From NCBI GenBank assembly GCA_964475015.1, contig CAYYVA010000002.1, forward strand, positions 26,221 through 90,220: DNA of 64,000 nt, given 5' to 3'. The notes beneath the pieces are model-generated. The model was not told the DNA's origin. It made no database searches and saw nothing but the letters and a program-made list of their open reading frames with translations. Numbering within the stretch: the stretch's first letter is position 1; each line of letters opens with the position of its first letter. The DNA comes from an uncultured Muribaculaceae bacterium (GTDB lineage Bacteria > Bacteroidota > Bacteroidia > Bacteroidales > UBA932). Below, one piece after another: positions 1 to 10,495 of this stretch. The position numbers were made by a program, and so were the translations under genes.

Positions 1-524
1 ATCCTTACGTCACCATTTGCATCCTTTGCATAGAGTGCTCCCTCCACAAGGTGCTCCTCAAACGGTGTCCTGTTCCCGTCCTCATATTTGTGGAACTGGA
101 TAAGTCCTTTAGGCATAGCGCCATAGTTCCATGCATTCTGGTGAAGTGTGAGGTTAAGGATTGCCTTTGCATCAAAGAAAGGGAACAATGTTATGTTCTC
201 AACAAATTTAGCGGCCGGTGAACCCTCCTTCAGCTTCTCTCCCGCGGCGAGCTTGTCGGCAGCCTCAAACAAATCCTTGAACATTCTGGTTGCAGCACCC
301 GATGCAGGTACGAATTTGCATACGTTGCCGCCATAATTCTCCGCTGCTGCAATATATTTTGCCTGGTCAGCCTCAGAAAGCACCTTTATACCCTTTGCCG
401 GAGTTGCGGCAGCCTCAATTGTAAGGTAAGGGAAACCCTTCTTGAAATTATCAAGCTGCGTCTGGAATGTCTCAACGGCAATACCGCGTGCCTGAATCTG
501 TTGTGTTTGTTGTTCAGATAACAT
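1..524 (-). CDS. DUF4301 family protein, N-terminal part (3' end runs off the window)
   Basis: My own minus-strand translation from the ATG at 524-522 stays open to position 1: MLSEQQTQQIQARGIAVETFQTQLDNFKKGFPYLTIEAAA...KFVPASGAATRMFKDLFE. The KFVPASGAxxRMFK block is typical of DUF4301. It is absent from the ORF track because it is edge-truncated. It overlaps the pdxB stop by 11 nt. Confidence 0.6.
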   Translation of the reverse strand, partial: MLSEQQTQQIQARGIAVETFQTQLDNFKKGFPYLTIEAAATPAKGIKVLSEADQAKYIAAAENYGGNVCKFVPASGAATRMFKDLFEAADKLAAGEKLKEGSPAAKFVENITLFPFFDAKAILNLTLHQNAWNYGAMPKGLIQFHKYEDGNRTPFEEHLVEGALYAKDANGDVR

Positions 525-1626
525 AAAATTCTCTCCTATAATTAAAATTTGCTCTTAACTTTTCAAAATCCTGCGGATTGGCCTTCAAATCCGCACAATG
601 TTCAAAGATAGGGAAAATATTTGAAAAATACCCATTTATCTCCTCCTGGGATTTCCCTTCCCTGCTGAAGAAATTGTTGTTCTTTTCCCGGGGCACAATT
701 GAGAACTCCTCCAGGTCCGGAATATTGAAATGCTTCCCAACGGCCCTTACGCTCATTACAGTCCCGTTCACTTTCCCCTCGTATGAGTATCCGGCAACAT
801 GCGGGGTTGCAATATCCGCCTGCGCAAGAAGATTGCGGTTGATCTCCGGTTCGTTGTTCCATACATCAAGCACAACACCTCTGAATTTATGGATATTGGC
901 TTCCAGAGCAGCCTCATCCACAACCTCTCCCCTCGAAGAGTTGATGAAAATTGCCCCCTCCTTCATTCTGGAGAAGAACTCCTCCCCTGCCATTCCCCGG
1001 TTTGTTGGGTTAAGGTCTGTATGCATGGTGATTATATCGCAGTTCTCCAGAAGATACTCCAGCGAATAATAATCCTTGAAATCCTTCAGTTGCAGGTTCC
1101 CGCTGTTGAACGCTAATGTCTGCTCCCTCTCCTTTGCCGGATCACACCTTAACACCTCAAATCCCATATACTCACCCATATTGGCAACCCTGCCCCCAAC
1201 ATTTCCTACCCCTATCACACCAAGTTTCAACACGGGTACAGTGTCACCCGTGACACGACTACAATGTAAGTCGTGACACGATTGTAGAGAAAATCCCTTC
1301 TTCTCCGCCAGAGCATAAAGTGCCGTGAATACGTACTGCATCACACCACCGGCATTGCATCCGGCGGCATTGGAAACTGTAATCCCTGCAGAAGCACAAT
1401 AAGGGAGGTCTATATGGTCCATCCCTATGGTTGCAGTTGCAATCATCTTTACCGATGTGCCGCTTAGCAGTAAGGCATTGCACCTGGTCCTTGTCCTTAT
1501 TACAAGGGCATCCGCATCCTTGATGTTTTCATTGGTAAAATCCCTTCCGGGGAGGTACAGGACATCCGCGTACGGTTCAAATACTCCCTGTATGAAGGGA
1601 ATGTCCCTGTCAACAATAATCTTCAT
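514..1626 (-). CDS. pdxB: 4-phosphoerythronate dehydrogenase
   Basis: 370 aa. The N-terminus MKIIVDRDIPF...VIRTRTRCN...ATIGMDHIDL and the D-2-hydroxyacid dehydrogenase NAD fold (GVIGVGNVG) fit PdxB. Confidence 0.8.
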   Translation of the reverse strand: MKIIVDRDIPFIQGVFEPYADVLYLPGRDFTNENIKDADALVIRTRTRCNALLLSGTSVKMIATATIGMDHIDLPYCASAGITVSNAAGCNAGGVMQYVFTALYALAEKKGFSLQSCHDLHCSRVTGDTVPVLKLGVIGVGNVGGRVANMGEYMGFEVLRCDPAKEREQTLAFNSGNLQLKDFKDYYSLEYLLENCDIITMHTDLNPTNRGMAGEEFFSRMKEGAIFINSSRGEVVDEAALEANIHKFRGVVLDVWNNEPEINRNLLAQADIATPHVAGYSYEGKVNGTVMSVRAVGKHFNIPDLEEFSIVPREKNNNFFSREGKSQEEINGYFSNIFPIFEHCADLKANPQDFEKLRANFNYRREFYVI

Positions 1627-1628
1627 GA

Positions 1629-2387
1629 TCAGAATATCATCTTAATGCTGAAACTGCTCTTTCCGGCAACCTTTCCCTGGATATAGTATTCAAGGTTCTC
1701 CCCCTCCTCACGCTTTACACGGTAAAGTTCAATTTTCTGACCTGGCATAACCTCAGAATCATAATTGATGAGCATCTCCTTCAGCTGCCTCTCCCCTGCA
1801 ACTTCATAGTCAACGGCGTCAAGAGCCCATACTGCATATTTTACATTGTTCACATGACCGTTTGTGTCAATGTCGCTCCAGACAGTCTTGTGGGTATGTA
1901 CCAGCTGAGGTTCAATATCCTTTGGAAATGTAACCTTGTCTGCAGGCTCTGCAATTGCATGCCCCATTTCTTCGTTGCTGAAGTTCTCCGCAAGATATGT
2001 ATTGCGTACCATTCGTCGGGAAGCAAGGTCAATTATGAGCCATGATGTGGTTGCTGTCACAAGCTGCTCCCCTGTTTCAGATTCCAGGACAAAATCCCTC
2101 AGGTAGAAGATTCTGTTGGCCCCTTTGTGCCAGGTTTTGAGGTTTATTGTGTCCCTCCATTTTGGATTTCTATGGAAAATTACCCTTGTCCTGGAGAGTA
2201 CCCAGGCGGTATTCGATGCTATCATGTCGTCATAGCCAAAGCCCAGGCCTGAAGCGTCACGCCCGGCAGCCTCCTGCATGAGGTCGAGCATGGCGGTTGG
2301 ACGGAAATTGTGGTTTGCATCCGCTTCATAGCATGAAACGATGCGCTTTTCTGAATATTTTTCTCTCATATCTTCAATTATATCCAT
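1629..2387 (-). CDS. acyl-ACP thioesterase
   Basis: 252 aa with the double hot-dog pattern of the FatA/B-like family (YEADANHNFRPTAMLDLMQEAA...; second half DIDTNGHVNNVKY). Confidence 0.8.
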   Translation of the reverse strand: MDIIEDMREKYSEKRIVSCYEADANHNFRPTAMLDLMQEAAGRDASGLGFGYDDMIASNTAWVLSRTRVIFHRNPKWRDTINLKTWHKGANRIFYLRDFVLESETGEQLVTATTSWLIIDLASRRMVRNTYLAENFSNEEMGHAIAEPADKVTFPKDIEPQLVHTHKTVWSDIDTNGHVNNVKYAVWALDAVDYEVAGERQLKEMLINYDSEVMPGQKIELYRVKREEGENLEYYIQGKVAGKSSFSIKMIF

Positions 2388-2469
2388 GCAAAGTTAACCC
2401 AAAATACACAAAATTGGGCGTCCGGAAACACTTTAAAGAAAAAATATAGTGCTATATTTGCAGCCGCTT

Positions 2470-2799
2470 ATGAAAAGGGTTATAAAATATATGAGGCTTG
2501 TGGCCGCAATTTATATGGCATTGTATTTTTTATGCAATGCTGCCCTTATCCATAACCATATCATAGACGGGCACAACATATCACATGCCCACATATTCAA
2601 AGGAGCACAGCATACAGCAGATGAGGCTGACCTGATAAGCCTGCTAAACATTACCCCTGCAGAGAGTGCAGAGTGTGCATTTGTCCCTGAATTTACAGTT
2701 GCCTGGCAGGATGAGATTCACTCAGTTGCCACAGCCTGCATCACCGGCTTCAAGGCAGACGCAGTTTCCCTCCGCGCCCCACCTTCAATCCAGCTCTAA
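2470..2799 (+). CDS. hypothetical small membrane protein, His-rich, upstream of a TonB receptor
   Basis: ORF 2449..2799; the first ATG is at 2470. It has one hydrophobic segment followed by HNHIIDGHNISHAH. I recognise no family. Confidence 0.35.
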   Translation: MKRVIKYMRLVAAIYMALYFLCNAALIHNHIIDGHNISHAHIFKGAQHTADEADLISLLNITPAESAECAFVPEFTVAWQDEIHSVATACITGFKADAVSLRAPPSIQL

Positions 2800-2869
2800 A
2801 AAAATTGTTTCTTCCCGACAGAATATGCGGGAGAATGGAATCTAATGTGCAACAGAACTGAATTGAGAA

Positions 2870-5151
2870 ATGAGAAGAATATACCTTGCAATAATTGCAT
2901 TGCTTGCACTTTGTGTGCAGGCCGGTGCACAATCATCAGACCCACATATCATAGGCCATGTAATTGACAAGAAGACACAGGAGCATGTGCCATACGTAAC
3001 CATAAGGCTTGTAGGAACCACCCATGTTACCACTACTGATGACACAGGACATTACAAGCTTACCACAATTCCTGATGGAAACTACATGTTTGAGGCCTCT
3101 TCAGTTGGCTACATTACTGCCACACAGTCTGTAACCATAAAGTCAAACTCCACAATAACCGTGAACTTTACCATTGAGGAGGATGCCCTTCTCCTTGAGC
3201 AGGTGGTTGTTACAGGTAACAGGAGCGAGACAAAGAAAAGGCACAGCGCTACCCTTGTGAATGTTGTAAACAGGGAGATATTTGAACTTGTAAGCGCCTC
3301 TTCCCTTGCAGACGGCCTCAATTTCCAGCCGGGTGTAAGAGTTGAGAATGACTGCCAGAACTGCGGTTTTACACAGGTGAGGATTAACGGACTTGACGGC
3401 CACTATTCACAGATTCTGATGAACTCAAAACCGGTATTCTCGGCACTTGCGGGCGTGTATGGACTTGAGCATATCCCTGCAACAATGATTGACCGTGTGG
3501 AGGTGATGAGGGGCGGCGGTTCCGCACTCTTCGGTTCGGTACAATAAACATCATCACCAAGGATCCTGTGACAAACAGCGCTGAGGTAAGCCATACACTC
3601 ACATCAATTGGCATGAGCGGCGCATTGGACAACAATACCACAGCAAATGCCTCTATTGTGAATGACAACGGCAAATCAGGGCTCTTCATCTACGGACAGG
3701 CCCGTGAGAGGGATCACTATGATGATAACGGTGACGGATTTTGCGAGATTGGTACAATCAATGCCAAGACACTTGGAATCAACTCATTCTATAATATTAC
3801 AGACAACTCAAAGATACGTGCGGAGTACAGCACCACAAATGAGTACAGGCGCGGAGGTGACCAGCTTGACGTACCGCCACACCAGGCCCTCATTGCTGAA
3901 CAGACAGACCATAGCATACATGCAGGAAACATTACCTATGATGTATGGTCAAAGGATTACAGGAACAAGTTCAATGTGTATGGTGCTTTGAGGGATACCA
4001 AAAGGGACAGCTATTACGGCAGTAACATGGATCCAAATGCATACGGAAGCACCCATGACCTTGTGGTTGTTGCGGGCGGCCAGTATGTACACAAGTTCAT
4101 CAACCTTTGGTTCATGCCGGCAGAGCTTACCGGAGGAGTTGAGTACAACTACAACTATCTGAATGATGTTACTGTTGGTTATGACCATGATGTAACCCAG
4201 AAGATTAACATCTACTCTGCATTCATGCAGAATGAGTGGCGTACGGACAAATGGGGGTTCCTTGTGGGTGCCCGCATTGACAAGCACTCCCTTATTGACC
4301 ATGCAATTGTATCTCCAAGGGCAAACATCAGGTTCAACCCTTCAAACAAGCTGAACTTCAGGCTCTCATATTCTACAGGATTCCGTGCCCCACAGGCATT
4401 TGACGAAGATTTCCATATTGCAATCGTTGGAGGCGAGAGGGTTGTTACAGTTCTTGCCGATGACCTCAAGCAGGAGAGTTCAAACAGCTTCAGCTTCTCA
4501 ACCGACTGGTACCATACTTTCGGGAATGTGCAGAGCAACATCATGCTGGAGCTCTTCCATACAGATTTGAAGGATGTGTTTACAATCAGGATGCTTGAGG
4601 AATTTGACCAGAAAGGGAACCAGGTACAGGAGCGCTATAACGGTAGCGGTGCAACCGTAACCGGAATGAATCTGGAGGGAAAGGCTGTATTCAGCAAGGC
4701 TTTCATGGCCCAGGCCGGCCTTACATGGCAGCAGAGCCGCTACAAGGAGCCAGCAGAGTGGAGCGAGAACCCTGAGGTGCCTGCAGTAAAGAGGATGTTC
4801 CGCACACCGGACCTCTACGGCTACTTCACAATGCAGTTCACCCCAACCAAGACATTCTCAATGTCACTTACCGGTACATATTCAGGTGAGATGCTCGTTC
4901 AGCACATGGAGAGCTCAGGCACACCAATAGATGTTGCAGTTGAGACACCTTCATTCTTTGATGCGAACCTGAAGATATCCAAGGATTTCAAGATTTTCCC
5001 GGGAGTCGGCTTGCAGATAAACGGCGGATTGATGAACATCTTCAATTCATTCCAGGATGACTTTGACAAGGGAGTTGACCGCGATTCAGGCTACATCTAC
5101 GGCCCTATGATGCCAAGAAGCCTCTACTTCGGTGTAAAACTGAGCCTGTAA
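2870..5151 (+). pseudogene. TonB-dependent receptor (CarboxypepD_reg + plug + barrel) split by a frameshift near 3536-3541
   Basis: ORF 2870..3547 ends ...RGGGSALFGSVQ*. A different frame continues GTINIITKDPVTNSAEV... into ORF 3568..5151. Together they rebuild the conserved plug-end motif GSALxGS..G.INIITK. The C-terminus ends in a barrel-type FGVKLSL. Confidence 0.75.
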
Positions 5152-5163
5152 GCTCATCCATAA

Positions 5164-5416
5164 CCGGCATATTCTTTTTACACATTTCATACAATCATCT
5201 GTAAAAACAAGTGTCTTCGCTCAGTGTCGGTTCAGGCTGCTTTTGAGAATAATTTATCTTGACGGCAAACTCCTCCTTTTAGCCATTCTCCGAATGTCTA
5301 ACGTCGTCAGACAAGTGCCGTCACGGGACGATAAATTATTCTCAACGCTTATCGCCTGATCTCCATTCGCTCAGACACTTGTTTACATCTGATTATAGGT
5401 ATATGTAATATGCCGG
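5164..5416. repeat. about 250-bp imperfect palindrome (long hairpin or MITE-like element) between convergent genes
   Basis: Paired arms: 5164-5173/5407-5416 (ccggcatatt), 5200-5216/5373-5387, 5245-5258/5330-5343 (gagaataatttatc), 5260-5267/5316-5323 (tgacggca). Confidence 0.6.
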
Positions 5417-5707
5417 CTATTTGAGGACAAGTTTCTTTACAGCAGTTGTGCTGAGGAGGCTATTGATTTGGGATATTATATCTTCTTTACGGTAATAGAG
5501 CTGTGTGCGGACAATGGATGATGAGATGGTGCAGTAAAGTATTCCGTCCTTGAAGAACTTGTTTGTGGTGGCCTTTGCTCCGGCCTCCCCCACAACAATA
5601 TCCCATGTCTGGAAAATGCGGACCCTCTGGAGCCCCTCCTCAAGATGAGCCTCCTTAATATATTCCTTTATTATTGCTGAAATCAGCTGGGTATTCTCCC
5701 TCCTCAT
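5417..5707 (-). CDS. DUF721 (DciA-like) domain protein
   Basis: 96 aa, immediately downstream of recF, which is the usual position for this family. The sequence pattern ...W..VVGE.....T....F.DG.L is consistent. Confidence 0.7.
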   Translation of the reverse strand: MRRENTQLISAIIKEYIKEAHLEEGLQRVRIFQTWDIVVGEAGAKATTNKFFKDGILYCTISSSIVRTQLYYRKEDIISQINSLLSTTAVKKLVLK

Positions 5708-5709
5708 CG

Positions 5710-6804
5710 CTAAAGGGTTTTATAGATTCCGCCGGCCACCTCAAAGGAACGGCACTCATTCGTAAACCTCTCCACAATGGAGGCCATTCTCACCTTGTTG
5801 CTGTCTGAGATGAAAATCTGCCCGAAATGGTCACCTGCCACAAGGCTCAACAGATACTCCACGCGCTGCATGTCAAGCTTGTCAAACACATCGTCCAGAA
5901 GAAGGATAGGAGCAACATCGTGCAGGTCTTTCATGATATCAAACTGGGCAAGCTTCAGTGCTACAAGGAAGCTCTTCTGCTGCCCCTGCGAGCCGCACTT
6001 CTTTAGTGGCATCCCGTTAAGGGAAAACTCTATGTCATCCTTATGTACACCCGCAGAGGTAAATTTAAGGAAAGAATCCTTTTCCCGACAATTTTTCAGA
6101 ATCTCATCCAGGGCACCTTCCTGCAAATCAGAAATATACTGCATCTGCACCTCTTCCTTACATCCGCTCAGGGCAGCGTAATACCCCTTGACCTTCTCCA
6201 GAAGCCCTTTGCAGAGCTCATCCCTTTTCCTGAAAATGTAATCTGCATGAACGGACATCTGGAAATCGATTGTATCAAGAAGTTCCCATGAAATGGAAAG
6301 CATCTTGAGCAGCTTGTTCCTCTGCATCAGGAGCTGGTTATATGACTGCATCCTCTTGAGATACTCCTTGTCTATCTGTGAGAGAATCAGCGTAAGGAAC
6401 TTCCTTCTCTCCTCCCCCGAACCGTTCACAAGCACGGTGTCAGCAGGAGATACCATAACAATAGGATAAAGTCCGATATGTTCTGAAATCCTCTTGTAGG
6501 CCTTGGTATTCTTCTTGACGGTCTTCTCACCCTCCCTCTTCACTCCAATGCTGATGGAATCCTCCGTATTATCATCAAGCATGTATGAACCGTTCAATGC
6601 TGCCGCATCCTCACCGAACTTGAAAGTATAGGCATCGGTGCTTGAGAAGAAGCTCTTGGTCATGGAAAGGTAATAGATGGCATCCAGCAGATTGGTCTTC
6701 CCCTCCCCGTTATTGCCGGAAATGCAGTTGATCTTCCTGGAAAAATCCAGATGAGTCTCAGATATATTCTTGAAATTATTTACAGATATCCTCTTCAAAT
6801 ACAT
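5710..6804 (-). CDS. recF: DNA replication/repair protein RecF
   Basis: Start chosen at MYLKRISVNNFKN. Walker A is GNNGEGKTNLLDAIYY and the signature region is GSQGQQKSF..LLLDDVFDKLD. A TATATTTG box at 6812-6819 (minus) lies just upstream, so the longer ORF-track start at 6885 is unlikely. Confidence 0.9.
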   Translation of the reverse strand: MYLKRISVNNFKNISETHLDFSRKINCISGNNGEGKTNLLDAIYYLSMTKSFFSSTDAYTFKFGEDAAALNGSYMLDDNTEDSISIGVKREGEKTVKKNTKAYKRISEHIGLYPIVMVSPADTVLVNGSGEERRKFLTLILSQIDKEYLKRMQSYNQLLMQRNKLLKMLSISWELLDTIDFQMSVHADYIFRKRDELCKGLLEKVKGYYAALSGCKEEVQMQYISDLQEGALDEILKNCREKDSFLKFTSAGVHKDDIEFSLNGMPLKKCGSQGQQKSFLVALKLAQFDIMKDLHDVAPILLLDDVFDKLDMQRVEYLLSLVAGDHFGQIFISDSNKVRMASIVERFTNECRSFEVAGGIYKTL

Positions 6805-6874
6805 AACAGCGCAAATATACCTAAAAGTTTCAAAGAATTGTGCGAAATAAACTTTGCCATTAATTAAAATATTG

Positions 6875-6882
6875 TAAATTTG
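6875..6882 (+). promoter_or_regulatory. Bacteroidetes-type -7 box TAAATTTG
   Basis: Matches TAnnTTTG, 38 nt upstream of the ATG at 6921. Confidence 0.4.
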
Positions 6883-6920
6883 CACCCTGCAAAAATTTAG
6901 GATAATAATAACTTATAAAT

Positions 6921-7595
6921 ATGGCGAACAACAAGAAAAACCAGGAGCCTGAAGTTAATGTAGGCGAGGCTCTGTCAAAGACTGAGAAGTTCTTTACCAC
7001 TTACAAGAACCACATTGTTTACGGTTCAATCGGTGTGATTGCAGTTGTTGCAATAGCACTTCTTTACCACAACTTTGTAACCCTCCCTAAGCAGCAGGAG
7101 GCAATGGCACAGACATTCACAGCTGAGCAGTACTTCAGGAACGGTGATTTTGAGAAGGCTCTCAACGGTGACGGCAATGCACTCGGCTTCAACCAGATCA
7201 TCAGCGATTACGGTACTAAGTCAGGCGAGGCTGTATATTTCTATGCAGGTGTATGTAACCTCCAGCTCGGAAACTTCGGCGAGGCAATCAGCAACCTCAA
7301 GAAATATAACGGCAGTGATGAGATCATTGCTGCAAGGGCACTTGCATGTATCGGTGATGCATACGCTGCACAGAATGATCTTGCTTCTGCTGTAAACAAC
7401 TACAAGGCTGCAGCTGCAAAGGCTGACAACCTTCTTGCTGCAGGCTACCTTCTTAAGGCCGGCATCATTGCAGAGGAGATGGGCAAGCCAGCTGAGGCAC
7501 TTGCATTCTACAAGGAGATTCAGGAGAAATATGCAAATTCACCTGAGGGCTACGAGATCAACAAATATATCTCACGTATTGAGAACGCAAAATAA
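6921..7595 (+). CDS. tetratricopeptide-repeat membrane-anchored protein
   Basis: 224 aa with an N-terminal TM segment (IVYGSIGVIAVVAIALL) followed by TPR-like Ala/Tyr-rich repeats. Confidence 0.6.
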   Translation: MANNKKNQEPEVNVGEALSKTEKFFTTYKNHIVYGSIGVIAVVAIALLYHNFVTLPKQQEAMAQTFTAEQYFRNGDFEKALNGDGNALGFNQIISDYGTKSGEAVYFYAGVCNLQLGNFGEAISNLKKYNGSDEIIAARALACIGDAYAAQNDLASAVNNYKAAAAKADNLLAAGYLLKAGIIAEEMGKPAEALAFYKEIQEKYANSPEGYEINKYISRIENAK

Positions 7596-7603
7596 TTTGA
7601 ATC

Positions 7604-8332
7604 ATGGGAAGAGCGTTTGAGTTCAGAAAAGAGAGGAAACTGAAGCGTTGGGGCAACATGGCCCGCGTCTTCACAAGACTTGGCAAAGAGATTACAATCT
7701 GCGCAAAATCAGGTGGTCCTGATCCTGATACCAACCCAAGGTTGCGTACACTTATCCAGACTGCAAAAAGTGAGAACATGCCTAAGGACAATATCGACAG
7801 GGCAATCAAGCGTGCAGTTGAGAAGGATACAGCAGATTATAAGGAGATTGTATACGAGGGCTATGCACCTCACGGCATTGCAGTGCTTGTAGAGACTGCA
7901 ACCGACAACAACAACAGGACCGTTGCAAACGTAAGGAGCTATTTCAACAAGTTCGGCGGTTCATTAGGCACATCAGGAAGCGTTGACTTCATGTTTGAGC
8001 GCAAATGCGTCTTCAAGACAGTTGCAAAAGAGGGGCTTGACATGGAGGAGCTGGAGCTTGAGATGATTGACTATGGCGTAGATGAGATTTTCCTTGACGA
8101 GGAGGAGAATGTGATTGTAATCTACGGCGCATTCGAGTCTTTCGGTGAGATCCAGAAGTATCTTGAGGGGAACGGTTTTGAGATCAAGTCGGGACAGTTT
8201 GAGAGAATCCCTACTTCAGAGCCGAAGAAGCTCTCTGCTGAGGAGAAGGCAGACGTTGAGAAGCTTCTTGCAAAGCTTGAGGAAGATGATGATGTCCAGA
8301 ATGTTTACCACACAATGGACATGGCTGAATAA
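7604..8332 (+). CDS. YebC/PmpR family transcriptional regulator
   Basis: MGRAFEFRKERKLKRWGNMARVFTRLGKEI... is the typical YebC N-terminus; 242 aa. Confidence 0.9.
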   Translation: MGRAFEFRKERKLKRWGNMARVFTRLGKEITICAKSGGPDPDTNPRLRTLIQTAKSENMPKDNIDRAIKRAVEKDTADYKEIVYEGYAPHGIAVLVETATDNNNRTVANVRSYFNKFGGSLGTSGSVDFMFERKCVFKTVAKEGLDMEELELEMIDYGVDEIFLDEEENVIVIYGAFESFGEIQKYLEGNGFEIKSGQFERIPTSEPKKLSAEEKADVEKLLAKLEEDDDVQNVYHTMDMAE

Positions 8333-8365
8333 TAGAGTCCAATGACTATTTTCCAATGCCGTATG

Positions 8366-8400
8366 GGTTGTTCCATACGGCATTATTTTTTGTATTTTTT
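8366..8400 (+). terminator. rho-independent terminator
   Basis: Stem aatgccgtatgg / ccatacggcatt followed by a T-run. Confidence 0.6.
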
Positions 8401-8425
8401 GGTGGCTATTAATTTAAATATTTAC

Positions 8426-8433
8426 TACATTTG
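8426..8433 (+). promoter_or_regulatory. -7 box TACATTTG for the mce-mmd operon
   Basis: TAnnTTTG, 44 nt upstream of the ATG at 8478. Confidence 0.4.
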
Positions 8434-8477
8434 CAAGATAATATGCACATATATTAACTACTTAAAAACATATTGAT

Positions 8478-8891
8478 ATGGAACTGACACATATTGAGCA
8501 CATTGGTATTGCAGTTAAATCATTGGAGACTGCAATTCCTTACTACGAGGAGAAACTTGGTCTTAAATGCTACGCAATTGAGGAAGTTGCTGACCAGAAA
8601 GTTAAAACTGCATTCTTCAAGATAGGCCAGACCAAACTTGAGCTTCTTGAGAGCACATCTCCAGAGGGAACCATTGCCAAATTCATTGAGAAGAAAGGCG
8701 AGGGCGTACACCACATTGCATTTGCAACCAACGGCGTACAGAAATCACTTGACGAGCTTGCTGCAAAAGATGTACAGCTGATAGACAAGGCTCCTAGAAA
8801 AGGTGCTGAGGGTCTCAACATCGCATTCCTTCATCCAAAATCAACTTGCGGCGTTCTTACTGAGCTTTGCGAGGATCCATCAAAAATGTAA
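8478..8891 (+). CDS. mce: methylmalonyl-CoA epimerase (VOC family)
   Basis: 137 aa with HIGIAV...GEGVHHIAF... glyoxalase-fold motifs. It is the first gene of the decarboxylase operon. Confidence 0.8.
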   Translation: MELTHIEHIGIAVKSLETAIPYYEEKLGLKCYAIEEVADQKVKTAFFKIGQTKLELLESTSPEGTIAKFIEKKGEGVHHIAFATNGVQKSLDELAAKDVQLIDKAPRKGAEGLNIAFLHPKSTCGVLTELCEDPSKM

Positions 8892-8925
8892 TTATCCAAA
8901 ATTAACTTAACATAAAGATTATAAA

Positions 8926-10479
8926 ATGAGCCATCAACTCGAACAAGTAAAAGCGCTGATTTCTCTACGTGAGAAGGCACGCATTGGCGGTGGTCAGAAA
9001 AGAATTGACTCACAGCACGAAAAAGGCAAATATACTGCTCGTGAAAGAATCAACATGCTTCTTGATGAGGGAAGCTTTGAGGAGTTTGACATGTTTGTAA
9101 CACACCGTTGTACAAACTTCGGTATGGAGAAGAACGTATTCCTCGGTGACGGTGTTGTAACCGGTAGAGGTACAATCGACGGCCGTATGGTTTACGTATT
9201 CGCACAGGACTTTACAGTATTCGGAGGTTCACTTTCTGAGAGCTTCGCAATGAAGATCTGTAAGGTAATGGACAAAGGTATGAGAATGGGTGCACCTGTT
9301 ATCGGTCTCAACGACTCAGGTGGAGCACGTATCCAGGAGGGTGTAAACGCTCTTGCAGGTTACACTGAAATCTTCCAGAGAAACATCCTTGCTTCAGGTG
9401 TGATCCCTCAGATTTCTGCAATCTTCGGCCCTTGTGCAGGTGGTGCTGTATATTCTCCAGCCCTTACTGACTTCAACATCATGACCAGAGGTACAAGCTA
9501 CATGTTCCTTACAGGTCCTAAGGTTGTAAAATCAGTAACAGGTGAGGACGTTACCCAGGAGCAGCTCGGCGGTGCAAGCGTACACGCTTCAAAGAGCGGT
9601 GTTGCACACTTTGCTGTTGACAACGAGGAGGAGGGTATTGAGGTTATCAAGGCTTTGATGAGCTACATCCCTAACAACAACCTTGAGGAGGCTCCATACG
9701 TTGAGACAAATGACCCTATCGACAGACTTGAGGATTCATTGAATGACATCATTCCTGATGACCCTAACAAACCATACGATGTATACGAGGTAATCGGCGC
9801 AATCGTTGATGAGGGCAAGTTCCTTGAGGTTCACAAAGATTACGCAAAGAACATTGTTGTTGGTTTCGCAAGATTCAACGGCCAGTCAGTAGGTATCGTT
9901 GCAAACCAGCCTAAGGCTCTTGCAGGTGTTCTTGACAACAACTCTTCAAGAAAGGCTGCACGTTTCGTACGTTTCTGCGACGCATTCAACATTCCACTGG
10001 TAACACTTGTTGACGTTCCTGGCTTCTTGCCTGGTACACAGCAGGAGTACGGCGGAATCATCCTTCACGGTGCAAAACTTCTATATGCTTACGGTGAGGC
10101 TACTGTTCCAAAAGTTACAGTTGTTCTCAGAAAGGCATACGGTGGTGCATACTGTGTGATGAGCTCTAAACACTTGAGAGGTGACATCAACTACGCTTGG
10201 CCTACAGCTGAGATTGCAGTAATGGGTCCTTCAGGTGCAATTGAGGTTCTTTACGGCAAAGAGATGAAAGAGGCTGCAGATCCTAAGGCATTCGCCAAAG
10301 AGAAGGAGCAGGAGTACAGGGATGCATTCGCAAACCCTTACAATGCTGCAAAATACGGTTACATTGATGATATCATCGAGCCAAGGAACACCCGTTTCCG
10401 TATTATCCGCGCACTTCAGGAGCTTCAGACCAAGAAACTTACAAATCCTGCCAAGAAGCACGATAACCTTCCTCTATAA
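8926..10479 (+). CDS. mmdA: methylmalonyl-CoA decarboxylase alpha subunit / acyl-CoA carboxyltransferase
   Basis: 517 aa of the carboxyltransferase family ([22 protein letters not shown]...; FGGSLSE; [16 protein letters not shown]). Confidence 0.9.
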   Translation: MSHQLEQVKALISLREKARIGGGQKRIDSQHEKGKYTARERINMLLDEGSFEEFDMFVTHRCTNFGMEKNVFLGDGVVTGRGTIDGRMVYVFAQDFTVFGGSLSESFAMKICKVMDKGMRMGAPVIGLNDSGGARIQEGVNALAGYTEIFQRNILASGVIPQISAIFGPCAGGAVYSPALTDFNIMTRGTSYMFLTGPKVVKSVTGEDVTQEQLGGASVHASKSGVAHFAVDNEEEGIEVIKALMSYIPNNNLEEAPYVETNDPIDRLEDSLNDIIPDDPNKPYDVYEVIGAIVDEGKFLEVHKDYAKNIVVGFARFNGQSVGIVANQPKALAGVLDNNSSRKAARFVRFCDAFNIPLVTLVDVPGFLPGTQQEYGGIILHGAKLLYAYGEATVPKVTVVLRKAYGGAYCVMSSKHLRGDINYAWPTAEIAVMGPSGAIEVLYGKEMKEAADPKAFAKEKEQEYRDAFANPYNAAKYGYIDDIIEPRNTRFRIIRALQELQTKKLTNPAKKHDNLPL

Positions 10480-10495
10480 TTAAAACAACAGAAAG

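Noticed and set aside
578-1069. 163-aa plus-strand ORF, and similar long antisense ORFs at 12475-12996, 13398-14000, 15105-15506, 33080-33610, 39313-39993, 45018-45662, 49738-50259, 52813-53409 and 63505-63876
   Set aside because: Each lies entirely antisense or out of frame inside a gene with a clear family assignment. Their sequences are low-complexity (Ser/Pro/Arg/Leu-rich) and they have no promoter box or motif. They are typical shadow ORFs.
3536-3547. Programmed ribosomal frameshift in the TonB-dependent receptor
   Set aside because: There is no slippery heptamer or downstream structure, and conserved residues appear to be deleted at the junction. A mutation or assembly error is more likely.
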